Positions 26,090-37,789 are shown, numbered from the whole stretch's first letter. The stretch is DNA of 63,323 bases, filler included, from Octopus bimaculoides (GCF_001194135.2; 3 parts of 3 records of this genome joined end to end with filler, not necessarily neighbours in it); one strand, 5' to 3'. Numbers and translations are program-made. The notes: generated from the sequence alone by a model not told the origin.

Positions 26090-26279
26090 ACTGTTTTGAA
26101 TTAATCCTGAATTATCTTGTAACTTCAAAATTTCAATGATGTGATTGTTTATTTTTGCAATGACATTATAAGGTAGGAGTGAACTTCTGTTCTTTAAATC
26201 AAGTGACCCAAATATAACACGCACAATTTTATACAGATGTTGACTCATGCAGACAACCATGAAAACATTGAATGATTTA
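26090..26279 (-). CDS. Candidate coding exon KSFNVFMVVCMSQHLYKIVRVIFGSLDLKNRSSLLPYNVIAKINNHIIEILKLQDNSGLIQNS
   Basis: ttattattttaag acceptor, 63 open codons in AT-rich DNA, possible GTGAAT donor; no homolog recognised. Confidence 0.25.
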
Positions 26280-26514
26280 CTTAAAATAATAATATTTCAG
26301 AAACATTCTTAATCTAGTCAGTGTAACCTACTTACCTATAAAGTGACTTGTTAAATGATAATTGGTTGAAAACAACATTAGCGACAATAAGAACAAGTCA
26401 AAAGGAAGCCTCTACATGGTCACTCAGCCTGCTAAAAATAACAAACAATTTCCTCCATATCACATTATGCTATCTTAAAAAGGAAGATCATATGGCGTTT
26501 TCAATTTATATAAG

Positions 26515-26710
26515 ACCAGCAAATTTTGAGATGATGGGGGGAATCAATTACATTGAGCCCTGTACTAAATTGGACTTTATTTTATTGACCCTGAAGGGAT
26601 GAAAGGGAAAGTTGATCTCAGTGGGATTTGAACTCAGAATGTAAAGAACTATAATAAACTACCGCTAGGTATTTGGTCCAGTGCTCTCACTATTCAGCCA
26701 ATACACTGCT
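26515..26710 (-). mobile_element. SINE family B
   Basis: ttttattgaccctgaagggatgaaagggaaagttgatctcagtgggatttgaactcagaatgtaaag. Confidence 0.75.
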
Positions 26711-27989
26711 CTAAAATAATGAAGTCTTAGAAAGAAGAAAGACAAGATAGTTGTAGCTGGAACCCCTTTCACTATAGGTCCAGTGGTTCAGGGCATTCCC
26801 TAGACTAAGCAACAACAATCACTATTTGCTATTTAGTAATGTGATGAAATGAAGTTGATTTTGCTTGCTTTTCCAAGGTAAGTTGTGTAAATAGTAGGAC
26901 AAAGCAGAGTTACATGCTCCTACCAATACTCTACAATTACTCTTACCACTATTCTAGCACTAACTGCATTGCCACTTCTCTTATCACTATTTACCACCAC
27001 TGTTTCATAACACTTTACTAAACAGATTCATATGGAGGGCTTCTATCTTGGATTTATGAGTTAATAGAATTATGAGAGTTTCCTTGCTATCTTGAAAGTA
27101 TGAGAAATGTTTACTACTGTTTTTACGAGAACCTAAGTTATGGAGTTGACTACTCAGATTCCCTTCAAAATACTTAGTACAATTACGCTTATAAAAATTA
27201 TTACTATACTTTTACTTTTTAGCATAAACTAATTTCACTGGTTAATTACTAAACCATTCACTAAATATGCAATCACTTGCCAGGTATTTAATAATGGAAG
27301 TTAGCTGCTAACTTAGCTATAAACTAATCCAAACCAACTATCAATTCCTAGTTTACAAACAGTTGTGAGGCTTCCATTCAATAATTCACAGAATTGGGTC
27401 TTTTAGTAGTGATAGCAATGACTCTTGGTACAATGCTATGTTTTTGAGCAGACCACTCAATTCTCAGTTCTTCGTTTTATTTATATATATATACTCACAT
27501 AAGCAAAGAGGATCTTCACTACTTCCATCACTAATTGAGCATAAGGATATGACCTCATTTTTACACTTTTCTCCCTTCTGCTTTTAGATGCTATGCTTTA
27601 CATTCTGACATCAACACACCTCTATCACCTCCATCTTGCCCCTGCACGTGCCTCACAAATTTTCTTCTCTCATATAAATACAGAATTAAAAAATTTTTTT
27701 GCACTAATGTTTTATAGCAATTTTTCTTTCTCCTCTTACTTTGCTACCAACAACATCTCACGTTCATACCTTGCACACATATCTACCACACTCTCCACAT
27801 TCTTCTTGCCTTTCCTCTTACCTCCCACTAAACCCACTACCACCTTTTCACATGCATTTCTCACATACAATATGATTACATTAACCAACCAACCACACCC
27901 TCACTATCACAGGCCACTACACTTTCACACTTCTACACATATTACAAAAAACTGTAAGTGCACACTGAGTGTTCTTGATACATTGATTT

Positions 27990-28960
27990 AAAGGGAAATG
28001 TTAGTATTTGGGATGTTTGTTTGTAGAAAAAACATTCAAATGTTAAGAAACAGGTATTTTTTCTGAATGCTTTGGACTGGATACAATTGTGCAAATTCTT
28101 CTTACCAGGTTAAAAGGTATATCTATTTTCACATGATTTGGACGGCAGGAAGAAAATAACAAATATTGTTTTGAGTCTGTTGGTTTGAACTAGTTGTCAG
28201 TTCAATGTTTATATCTCTTTGCATGATTAAGGTGTCCCAAAACATTACTTTCTTTTCACCATATTCCACTGTGAATTGAATACTGTGGTTTGTCATTAAC
28301 TAAAGTTTTAAACCCATAGAGTTGATCCACACTGTGTGTCCACAGACTAAAACAATCGTTTAGATAGCATTTCCAGTTGGCAAATAGGTATTTATGGAGA
28401 TTATTGCCAAACCTTAATCGTATGTATTCATATATTTAGACTTCTAAGTATACTATGACAAGATTAGCATATGTAGGAGCTACTTTCATACCCATCACAG
28501 TCCCAGATATTTGTCCATAGATATTGAAATTAAAGAGGTATTTTGTAGGATGAACTTTAATTCTTCAATGATAAACCTTTTCTCAATTTGTTCAGGTAGG
28601 TTGTTCAGAAATTTTTCAATTACTCTGTTGGGTGGTTGGTGTTAGGAAGGGCATCCAGCCATAAAAACCATGCCAAAACAGACACAGAAGTTTGGTGCAG
28701 CTCCTGTCAAACTGTCCAACCCATGCCAGTATGGAAGGAGGTCATTAAATGATGATGATGATGATGATGATGAATCGCATGACTTCTGTTCCATTTACTA
28801 CATTAAAGGAGACAAACAATGTGCCTGTAATGGTTTATTTCGGAGATGGCTTAGAAAAACTAAGTCATCTCTTATACTCAGTATATGTTTTAAAATGGAT
28901 TTTAGGAGTATATCTATAAACCAGTTTGAAATTGGTACGGTATTTTAGTAAATTAAAAAT
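27990..28960 (-). mobile_element. Penelope-like element reverse transcriptase fossil
   Basis: FIDILLKSILKHILSIRDDLVFLSHL, YGQISGTVMGMKVAPTYANL, WKCYLNDCF and KPTDSKQYLLFSSCRPNHVKIDIPFNLVRRICTIV resemble PLE RT motifs; interrupted by a SINE at 28622-28770. Confidence 0.85.
28622..28770 (+). mobile_element. SINE family C 3' part inserted in the Penelope fossil
   Basis: ggtgttaggaagggcatccagcc..aacccatgccagtatggaagg..ttaaat(gat)n. Confidence 0.8.
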
Positions 28961-29022
28961 TTTTCTTAAAATACAACTAATTTTCATTTTAAGACATAAG
29001 TGTGTGAGTGTATGTATACGTA

Positions 29023-29049
<27 letters not shown>

Positions 29050-29061
<12 letters not shown>

Positions 29062-29290
29062 CAGAATGTGTGTCTGTCTGTCTGTCTGTATGTATGTATG
29101 TATGTGTGCATCACTAAAAGTCAAGAACTATCAAATGAATTTCATTAAAATTTTACACATGCCTTACTTAAGGTCCATGCAGTGTCATGGGCTAAAAAAT
29201 TTTTCAACTAATGCAAACCCAGAACAATCTCTTATCTCTTACACTGTTTCCATATTACATGTCAAAAGTGAAACAATAACATCTCTATTA
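29050..29290 (+). mobile_element. Helitron/Helentron-derived non-autonomous (DINE/HINE-like) 5' end
   Basis: tatataaaattcagaatg-(tctg)n-(tatg)n..aagaactatcaaatgaatttcattaaaattttacac, the layout typical of DINE-1-like elements; family assignment is from recall. Confidence 0.45.
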
Positions 29291-29491
29291 ATACTTTCAC
29301 TAATATATGGTTTCAATTTCAAGTACTTTCATTATGTATCTATATATATTAGTTTCATTTCTATTACTTTCAATATATATTTATGTACATGTTTGTATAT
29401 ATATAGATATATATATATCTTTGTATTTATATATATGTATGCATATATGTGTATATATGATATATATGCGTGTGTGTGTGTATATATATAG

Positions 29492-29792
29492 CGTGACCGT
29501 TGCCAGTACCGCCTGACTGGCCTTGTAGGGTTTTCGAGCGAGATCGTTGCCAGTGCCCCTGGACTGGCTCTTGTACGGGTGGCACATAAAAGACACCATT
29601 TCGAGCGTGGCCGTTTTCGTGCGGGTGACACGTAAAAGCACCCACTACACTCTCTGAGTGGTTGGTGTTAGGAAGGGCATCCAGCTGTAGAAACTCTGCC
29701 AAATTAGATTGGAGTCTGGTGTAGCCATCCGGTTGCACCAGTCCTCAGTCAAATCGTCCAACCCATGCTAGCATGGAAAGCGGACGTTAAAC
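29492..29792 (+). mobile_element. Young SINE family C copy with RTE-type tail
   Basis: CpGs intact in an otherwise CpG-poor segment; CCATGCTAGCATGG palindrome at 29763-29776; contig ends at the expected (gat)n tail; its 3' part is nearly identical to the reverse complement of 59520-59670. Confidence 0.85.
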
Positions 29793-29892
29793 NNNNNNNN
29801 NNNNNNNNNNNNNNNNNNNNNNNNNNNNNNNNNNNNTTAATTAATTAANNNNNNNNNNNNNNNNNNNNNNNNNNNNNNNNNNNNNNNNNNNN
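29793..29892. other. Artificial scaffold linker
   Basis: Exactly 44 N + TTAATTAATTAA + 44 N; the 12-mer puts stops in all six frames; identical to 58924-59023. Confidence 0.95.
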
Positions 29893-30022
29893 GTGTGTTC
29901 TGTTAAGAACGTATAAGAGTACAAGTAGACCTCGTTCTCCCTTAAAATTCCCAAATAGCCGATAGTATTCTCATGGTGTGCTACCAGTTCTAGTCTTAGG
30001 TATTCCTCGTGTGTGAAAATTA

Positions 30023-30429
30023 AAAGTAAAAAGTAAAAGAGTCAAACGGAAGAGTAATTACGATTAGACAGCTTTTTAATCACTACAAATGTTTCGATAC
30101 ATATACAGATCCTCGTATATACAAGATTTAAAGTTAAATTTAAATTAAATTATGTAACGATTTACCTGTATAACAAGATCTATATGAGTTTCAAAGAAGA
30201 AGCCATAGATGTTGTAGCATAGAAATCTAGATTTACTTAAGGAGACAGCAACTGAGTATCGCCTGAGGAGACATATATAGATCTTCTTATACAGGTAAAT
30301 CGTTACATAATTTAAATTTAACTTTAAATCCTGTATATAAGAGGAAATGTATGTCTCGAAACATTAAAAGTGATTAAAAGCTGCATAACCGTAGATACTC
30401 TTCCTTTTAACTCTTGTACATTTTACTTT
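30023..30429 (+). mobile_element. Fold-back with about 160-bp inverted arms, containing a degenerate hammerhead (Penelope-like inverted terminus)
   Basis: Arms 30023-30186 and 30272-30429 are diverged reverse complements. atcgc-CTGAGGA-gacata..tatgtctc-GAAAC at 30258-30362; the left arm keeps GAAAC-ATTT-GTA-gtgat on the minus strand. Confidence 0.8.
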
Positions 30430-30454
30430 ATACATATATATACATATATATACA

Positions 30455-30580
30455 ACGAGCTTCTTTCAGTTTCCGCCTACCAAATCCACTCACAAAGCTA
30501 TGGTTGGCCTGAGGCTATAGTAGACATTTGCCCGGAACCATGTGGTTGGGAAGCAAGGTATTTATCACACAGCTACGCTC
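30455..30580 (-). mobile_element. SINE family A head with internal deletion
   Basis: ttctttcagtttccgcctaccaaatccactcacaaagc..ggaaccatgtggttgggaagcaag. Confidence 0.8.
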
Positions 30581-30759
30581 GCACATATAATGTTTTTTCT
30601 TTTATCTGTCAGATGTAAAATCTTGGAATTAATCACCCTCGGTTTTTTCACTGATAACTTATTTATTCGATACTGGAGGAACGAAACTTTGAACAACCCG
30701 TCATTTGAACTGAGATCGCAAAGAGCCAGAACAAATATTGCGATAAATCTTTCTGTTTT

Positions 30760-31770
30760 ACGACCAAGATCTGAAATTTGGGGTATAAGTCGTAAGTCGA
30801 TCACATCGACGCCAGTGCTCCACTGACACAAATTTTGTTGATTCTGATTGACGAACGGCTAAGTCGTCTACAGCGGAATTTGAACGTCGAAGATAAAGCC
30901 GGAGGAAGAGAGTTTGAGCATTTCGCTAGTCTTGCTAACTATTCTGCCAGCCGCTCGATTTTGCCAATCCAGCGCCAATACTAAAGCAAATAAGAATTCT
31001 TTGAAATTTAGGGGAAAAAAACACCTGCAACTTTGAAAGAAATGGGTTCATCGATTACATCGGATTAATTCTTTCTAGTTTTGGTCCAAGACCAGGATTT
31101 TTATGGAGATGGGATTAGTCGACAACATTGATCCCAGTATTTTACCAACTTCAAAAGGATAAAAGAAATGCTGCTAACCATTTTCTCCGGCGTGTAAAAG
31201 ATTCTAACTGCTCGCCGACTTATCGATAACATTTATTGACCGTGAATTTGTTTCATCGATCTCAAAAGTCCGAGACGAAAATTTGTGTGGACTGCATTTG
31301 AACCTAGAACATAAACTCTTTAGATAAATACTGCAACATATTCCATCCTCACCTGTTAACGATCCTTCGCTGTCTTTGCGTTTGCTAACATTGGTTTCAA
31401 CTTTTGGCACAAGGCCAGCAATTTCGGAGAATGTGCTAGATGATTGCATCGACCCCAGTACACAAATTATTCATCAACCACAAGAGGGTAAATAACAATA
31501 TCAACCTCTGTGGATTCTGGACTCAGAACGGAAAGACGGATAAATATAATAAGGATGACAACCTTTGGTACAAAGTCAGCAATTTCGCGGGAGGAGGTAA
31601 ATCGATTACATCGACCCCAGTACTCAACTGGTACTTATTCTATCGACCACGAAGAAATGTAAAGCAAAGTCGACCACGGCGGAATTTGAACACAGATCGT
31701 AAAGATGGACCAAATTCGGCTACGCATTTTGCCCGGCGCTGCTAACCATTCTGCTAACTCGCCACCTTCA
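30760..31770 (-). mobile_element. Cluster of four or more same-orientation SINE family B copies
   Basis: Recurring ttttgg(c/t)acaa..gattacatcgaccccag..ggaatttgaac..ctgc(c/t)agc/aactcgcc. Confidence 0.75.
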
Positions 31771-31919
31771 AAACTATTACAACACTATTCATAATGATAA
31801 TAATGATGATGATGATGATGATGATGTTAATAATACTATTAATAATAATAATAAGAAGAAATAATAATAATTTTAATAATAATGATAATGATAATAATAA
31901 TAATACGCGTGTGTGTATA

Positions 31920-31951
<32 letters not shown>

Positions 31952-32259
31952 NNNNNNNNNNNNNNNNNNNNNNNNNNNNNNNNNNNNNNNNNNNNNNNNN
32001 NNNNNNNNNNNNNNNNNNNNNNNNNNNNNNNNNNNNNNNNNNNNNNNNNNNNNNNNNNNNNNNNNNNNNNNNNNNNNNNNNNNNNNNNNNNNNNNNNNNN
32101 NNNNNNNNNNNNNNNNNNNNNNNNNNNNNNNNNNNNNNNNNNNNNNNNNNNNNNNNNNNNNNNNNNNNNNNNNNNNNNNNNNNNNNNNNNNNNNNNNTAT
32201 ATATATATATATATAAACATACTTGTATATTCATACTTCTATACATCTCTCTCTCTCTC

Positions 32260-32297
<38 letters not shown>

Positions 32298-33574
32298 CAC
32301 ACATACACATATATAAATTATATATTATTTATATATGCATGTATGTATGTACGTATGTATGTGTATGTGTGTGTGTGTGTATCTCTGTGTGTGTCTGTGT
32401 GTTTTCAAGGCTCTTTGTATTTCTCTGTTAAAAGTTTGAATTAAAAGCCACGTAATTTATAGCCCATAAATAATTGGTGAGTGCAACCACCCACGGATCT
32501 ATATCGCTTCAGATCCGTGTCGCTACACGCCGCTGTGCAGCATATTCCCTCCGTTAAATCAATTAAATTTACGTCGTTTCTTGAAGGGCACTCGAACTAA
32601 GACCCCAAGTGACAATTAATCAATTATAAATCGTATACAGAGATCTGAAAGAAACCTGCTCTTACTTGTTGACTCACCTTCCAACATATAAACACAATAT
32701 ATTCATAATAAAATGCTGTTATTGATTTCTTCCCTCAAGGAAAGTCAATTGTAATGTTATCTATCTAGTTACAGGCCTCCATCTGTCTCAATAGACAACA
32801 ACATTTGTCTCCATAGAGGCAAGTCAATTCAGTTTTATTTTATTTAGATCCCAAGAAAATTCAGTTCTCTGCCTTTTAAAGTGATCAGATCAATATCTGC
32901 AGCATCAAGATGGCTGCAATATCAAATGTTATCAAACCTCATTGGGACCGGTCTTCATTCTCTATGTCACGTATAACTTTCATTTTCAACATCATCCTTA
33001 CCTTCCTACATACATTCACAAAGACACTGAACTGATTTGATCCTTAATTTATTGGATTCTACTTATTTCGTATATCTTTGAGAAACAGAATAGAATATGA
33101 TACAATGCGACTTTCATTCATATGTCAAACATTCTGTATATTTAATAACATATTATGTTGACCCAATGTAGCATAAACTTTATACCCTTTTAACAAGATA
33201 TCTTCAGATTATATTGAAAATAAGGCGACAAAGGGCAAATTTGTTCGAACACCAGGAGCAATACGTTGTGATATTTGACACCTTCATATTATAGTCTAGG
33301 ATCAAATCTTACAGATACCTATTTCACATTTTATCCTTTTAGGATCGATCGAAAACAAAAGCGTTTATCAAGGGAAGTGTATGGATGAAATTGTTATAGT
33401 CGAAAGAGTATTCTTACTCTGAGTGATCCGTCTCAATCAGTTACGACGTTAAGGCTTGCGACCTTGCCAGTTCCACACCTCGGAAAGCTTTCCATTTGAA
33501 TTATGTCGTCTGCTACTTTATTTTCCCCAAATCCCTGCTCTTATGCGTGTAGTAGAAAGAATCATCAATGTTTA

Positions 33575-33790
33575 TAAGGGCAGCGAGCTGGGAAAACCTG
33601 TAGCGCGTCGGACAAAATACCTGACGGTATCTATTTTGGCCAATGGCTTCCTGAGTTCAAATTTCGCCGTGGTCAATTTTATCTTTGATCGTTTCAGCTT
33701 CAATAAAATAAAGTACCAACACAGTGGTGATTTCATAATAATCGGTTATTCCTCATGCATCAACATTGCTAGCCCTGTGCAAAACTAGAA
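33575..33790 (+). mobile_element. SINE family B
   Basis: aagggcagcgagctggg..tgagttcaaatttcgccgtggtcaattt..ccctgtgcaaaactagaa. Confidence 0.75.
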
Positions 33791-34474
33791 ATAATTATTT
33801 ATTCTTAGAAATATATTCAAACATGAAATCTTCATCTCAATTTCTTAAATACACACTACTTGTGTCAAGTCAGTATTTAATTTACGTCAGTGCTTTGAAC
33901 GTTGAATGTATGACACGTTTTTTTTTTTCTAAATTAAATTTAAACAGTACAACAGGAATTTAAAATTAATCCCTTCAAATATATGATTTTTTTTGTTTTT
34001 TACTGTCACGGAATAATCATTTTCGCTTGCATTCATATCTAATTAAATTTGATTTCAAATATTTGATGAAAGTCTCAAATTTTATTCTTCTTTCGAAGAA
34101 TTTGAGTAAATATTTCACCAATCAGAGAAGAGAAAAAAATAACATTGACCTTCGTGATGTTAGAATTAAAGTTTTAAGAAATATAACTACCTACCAAATG
34201 CAGTTTTTCGATTACCGTACTTGTGCTAATTACTATTTTGCGGTTAATTAGGCTTCCTTTAAAATTAGGAAAAAATTATTCAATTAGCTTTGTCTTTGTA
34301 AATTTCAAACGATTTTTAGACAAATAATTTTCTTTAGTTTTCAAATGAGATAAATCTATTCACCACACTCGAAAGTCATGAACCATAGGAGAAATACCCT
34401 TCATATTTTGTCAGTCATATGAAACGTTCAGTTGTAGGACATTGATAAATAATTTAATTACGATTAAGATATTG

Positions 34475-34850
34475 GTTTCATGTTTTGGCACAAGACCAGC
34501 AATTTCGGGAGAGTGGTTAAGTCGATTGAAGCGACCCCAGTGCTCAACTGGTACTTAATTTGAACTCAGAACCTAACGACGTACAAAATGCTGCTAACGA
34601 TTCCGCCAGCTCACCGCCTAAATGGCAATGAAATTATTGGTTTCAAATTTTTGCACAAGGCCGGCAATTTCGGAGAGGGTTTTATTCGCTTAGATAGATC
34701 CCCACGTTCGACTGGTACTTATTTTATCGAGTCTGAAGTTTTGAAAGGCAAAATTCGCCTCGATGGAATTTGAACTCAGAACCTGACTGAAGCCGAAATG
34801 CCACTAAGCATTTTGCCCTGCAAACTAACGATTTTGCCAGCTCACTACCT
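34475..34850 (-). mobile_element. Two tandem SINE family B copies
   Basis: ttttggcacaagaccagcaatttcgg..ccgccagctcaccgcc, then tttttgcacaaggccggcaatttcgg..ttgccagctcactacc. Confidence 0.8.
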
Positions 34851-35267
34851 TAATTGCATTTAAAATATTAACACTAAGTCACCAGAAATCCTTCCTATCC
34901 AAACGCTAACCTCTCTGTATTGAACAGCTGGATACAGAGACACCTACGTCAAAGTTCGACCTACTACAAATTGCAGCACTTTATTTAGGTTATGTCATGT
35001 TTTTGACTAGGTCCTTTGGGACTGTCCCTTTGGTGTCGCAGAATCGATGCTAACATATTTATCATCAGATGTTTTAATCTTTGTTGTAAGGTTTGTCTCG
35101 TTCTCTCTTTCTCCCTCTCCCTATCTCTCACTCCTCCTCTCTTTCACTGCCCTTTTCTCACATTTTCTGTTTATGTGTGTGAGCATATTTTTTCTCTATG
35201 TGAACGGAGAGAGAAATTATTTATGTAAGTCATGTTCAATTCATAAATCGCAATGAAATGTTGCGCT

Positions 35268-35392
35268 TCAGAACACAACGCATCCGCGCGCCGCCTGTCC
35301 AGGAACCAGCAACACGATCTTGCAATCTCCAGTATAACACGATGACACTGGACCACGTATCTTCACATTCCAGCGCATTGTAGTCTCAACAT
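35268..35392 (-). CDS. Candidate terminal coding exon (D)VETTMRWNVKIRGPVSSCYTGDCKIVLLVPGQAARGCVVF-stop, ending in a CaaX-like motif
   Basis: ttgtctattgacag acceptor; one frame open from the acceptor to TGA; GC/CpG-richer than the flanks; phase 1 matches the 19-nt exon at 35688-35706. Confidence 0.55.
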
Positions 35393-35687
35393 CTGTCAAT
35401 AGACAATTAAATATAATATTGATAGAATGAATGAATGTCACATATGGAGACTAAACTTTGGACAGTGTCTTTGTTACTAAACCAGATGACATTGTTTGCA
35501 TGCAGTCTCAGCTTTACGAGATGATCTCATCTGACTTGCAGCTAACCTCCGAAATCATTTAACCACAAACAGTTAGTGCATGGTGCTATAATTCACCGAT
35601 ATGAAGATAAATTGAAGCTCAATAACAAAAAAGAATTATTTACTGTGGAATGTTCTAAATTTAGTTACTTCAGAAAAATAAAGTTAC

Positions 35688-35706
35688 CTGGTTTGTACAC
35701 GTTTTC
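35688..35706 (-). CDS. Candidate 19-nt exon ENVYKP(D)
   Basis: (CT)n pyrimidine tract plus gctgtatcag acceptor, CAG|GTAACT donor, phase 0 in and phase 1 out; 295-nt intron to the next exon. Confidence 0.55.
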
Positions 35707-35904
35707 CTGATACAGCGAGGTAGTAAGAGAGAGAGAGAGAGATAAAGTGAGCGTGAGAAAGTGAGAGAGAAAGAGAGAGAGGGGGGGCAGAGACTGTGTG
35801 TGTGAAAAAAAGAAAAAAAGCAATCATCTCTCATCCGAATGTTGCATACTACGAAAAATGGTGATAACCATTAGTCGAGAAGACACAGTGTGTCTACGAA
35901 AGAA

Positions 35905-35906
<2 letters not shown>

Positions 35907-35949
<43 letters not shown>

Positions 35950-36030
35950 GTCTGGAAGGTGAAGGAAGAAGAAGAAGAAGAAGAAGAAGAAGAAGAAGAA
36001 GAAGAAGAAGAAGAAGAAGAAGAAGAAGAA
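35907..36030. repeat. (AAT)n and (GAA)n microsatellites running into a gap
   Basis: Read directly from the sequence. Confidence 0.95.
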
Positions 36031-36882
36031 NNNNNNNNNNNNNNNNNNNNNNNNNNNNNNNNNNNNNNNNNNNNNNNNNNNNNNNNNNNNNNNNNNNNNN
36101 NNNNNNNNNNNNNNNNNNNNNNNNNNNNNNNNNNNNNNNNNNNNNNNNNNNNNNNNNNNNNNNNNNNNNNNNNNNNNNNNNNNNNNNNNNNNNNNNNNNN
36201 NNNNNNNNNNNNNNNNNNNNNNNNNNNNNNNNNNNNNNNNNNNNNNNNNNNNNNNNNNNNNNNNNNNNNNNNNNNNNNNNNNNNNNNNNNNNNNNNNNNN
36301 NNNNNNNNNNNNNNNNNNNNNNNNNNNNNNNNNNNNNNNNNNNNNNNNNNNNNNNNNNNNNNNNNNNNNNNNNNNNNNNNNNNNNNNNNNNNNNNNNNNN
36401 NNNNNNNNNNNNNNNNNNNNNNNNNNNNNNNNNNNNNNNNNNNNNNNNNNNNNNNNNNNNNNNNNNNNNNNNNNNNNNNNNNNNNNNNNNNNNNNNNNNN
36501 NNNNNNNNNNNNNNNNNNNNNNNNNNNNNNNNNNNNNNNNNNNNNNNNNNNNNNNNNNNNNNNNNNNNNNNNNNNNNNNNNNNNNNNNNNNNNNNNNNNN
36601 NNNNNNNNNNNNNNNNNNNNNNNNNNNNNNNNNNNNNNNNNNNNNNNNNTATGTATATATATATATATCGATCTGAGAATAGATCGAATAGATAATAATT
36701 CAAGGAAGTGCTCAATATGTTATGGAAGATGGGTCGATAATACTTTTATGAGACAGGTGATGATTGAGGTGTGTACAATTGTTTAAACACATTTTATGCA
36801 TTTCTCGAAATACCTTTGAAGATAAACAAAATGGTATGGAAACAATAACCACTTGAACTAAAATTACACACACACACACACA

Positions 36883-36928
<46 letters not shown>

Positions 36929-37789
36929 AAAACACACATATATATATATGGAGAGAAAAGTTATTAAAATATTTATGTATATTATTTTCCTTCATTTTGT
37001 TTAAACCAAGATGAACTTTTCAAAATAAAGGGTAAATAGTTTTCTTCTGTGTATGTAAACAAAAATAAATAAATATATGTGCATACGCACGTGTATTTTG
37101 TGCGTTCGTGTGTGTGTGTGTGTGTTTTCCCGCCACCACCTCTTGACACTTGATGTTGGTGTGTTTGTGACTTTGGAACGTCTGGGGTTCGCAAAAGATA
37201 TCGACGGAATAAACACCAAGCTTTGAATAATAATAAATACACGGATCGATTAATTCAACTAAAAGGCATATATACACACATATAGATAAACTCGTCAGCC
37301 GAAATTGCAAAGATAATCTGGAACTCGACTGAGGAAAGAAAATTCCGAATGACTCTACCTTGTTTTCTTTGTATCGTCTATCTGGATGTTTTGTTGTCCC
37401 TTTTTTGTATCACCTAACTGTCTGGATGTTTTGCGTTCTTGTCCCATTTTGTATTATATANNNNNNNNNNNNNNNNNNNNNNNNNNNNNNNNNNNNNNNN
37501 NNNNNNNNNNNNNNNNNNNNNNNNNNNNNNNNNNNNNNNNNNNNNNNNNNNNNNNNNNNNNNNNNNNNNNNNNNATATATATATATATATATATATATAT
37601 AGCGGCGTACGTACCCTTTGGTCTCTTATATGTAAGTATACATTTATCTAAATCTTGCACGACTCTATTCTTTCTTTCTATCACCCCTTTCACGCTTATT
37701 CGTTCATTCCACACTTCGTGCTTTCGTTCCCCCTCTCTCATATTTGCCTGCCTTATCTTCTTGCTCACTTTCCCTACTCTTTTTTACTT

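Noticed and set aside
28575-28601. Second recursive-splice-like motif (ttgttcag|gtaggt)
   Set aside because: It is the antisense of Penelope RT coding sequence, so probably coincidental.
29700-30000. Biological methylation boundary at about 29.8 kb
   Set aside because: The CpG shift coincides with an artificial linker.
30542-30826. 94-aa plus-strand ORF behind a strong acceptor at about 30611
   Set aside because: Both ends overlap SINE sequence, there is no good donor and no recognisable homology.
34928-34988. Plus-strand exon LDTETPTSKFDLLQIAALYL resembling bHLH helix 2
   Set aside because: No basic region or helix 1 exon found, weak donor, and it conflicts with the better-supported minus-strand exon pair.
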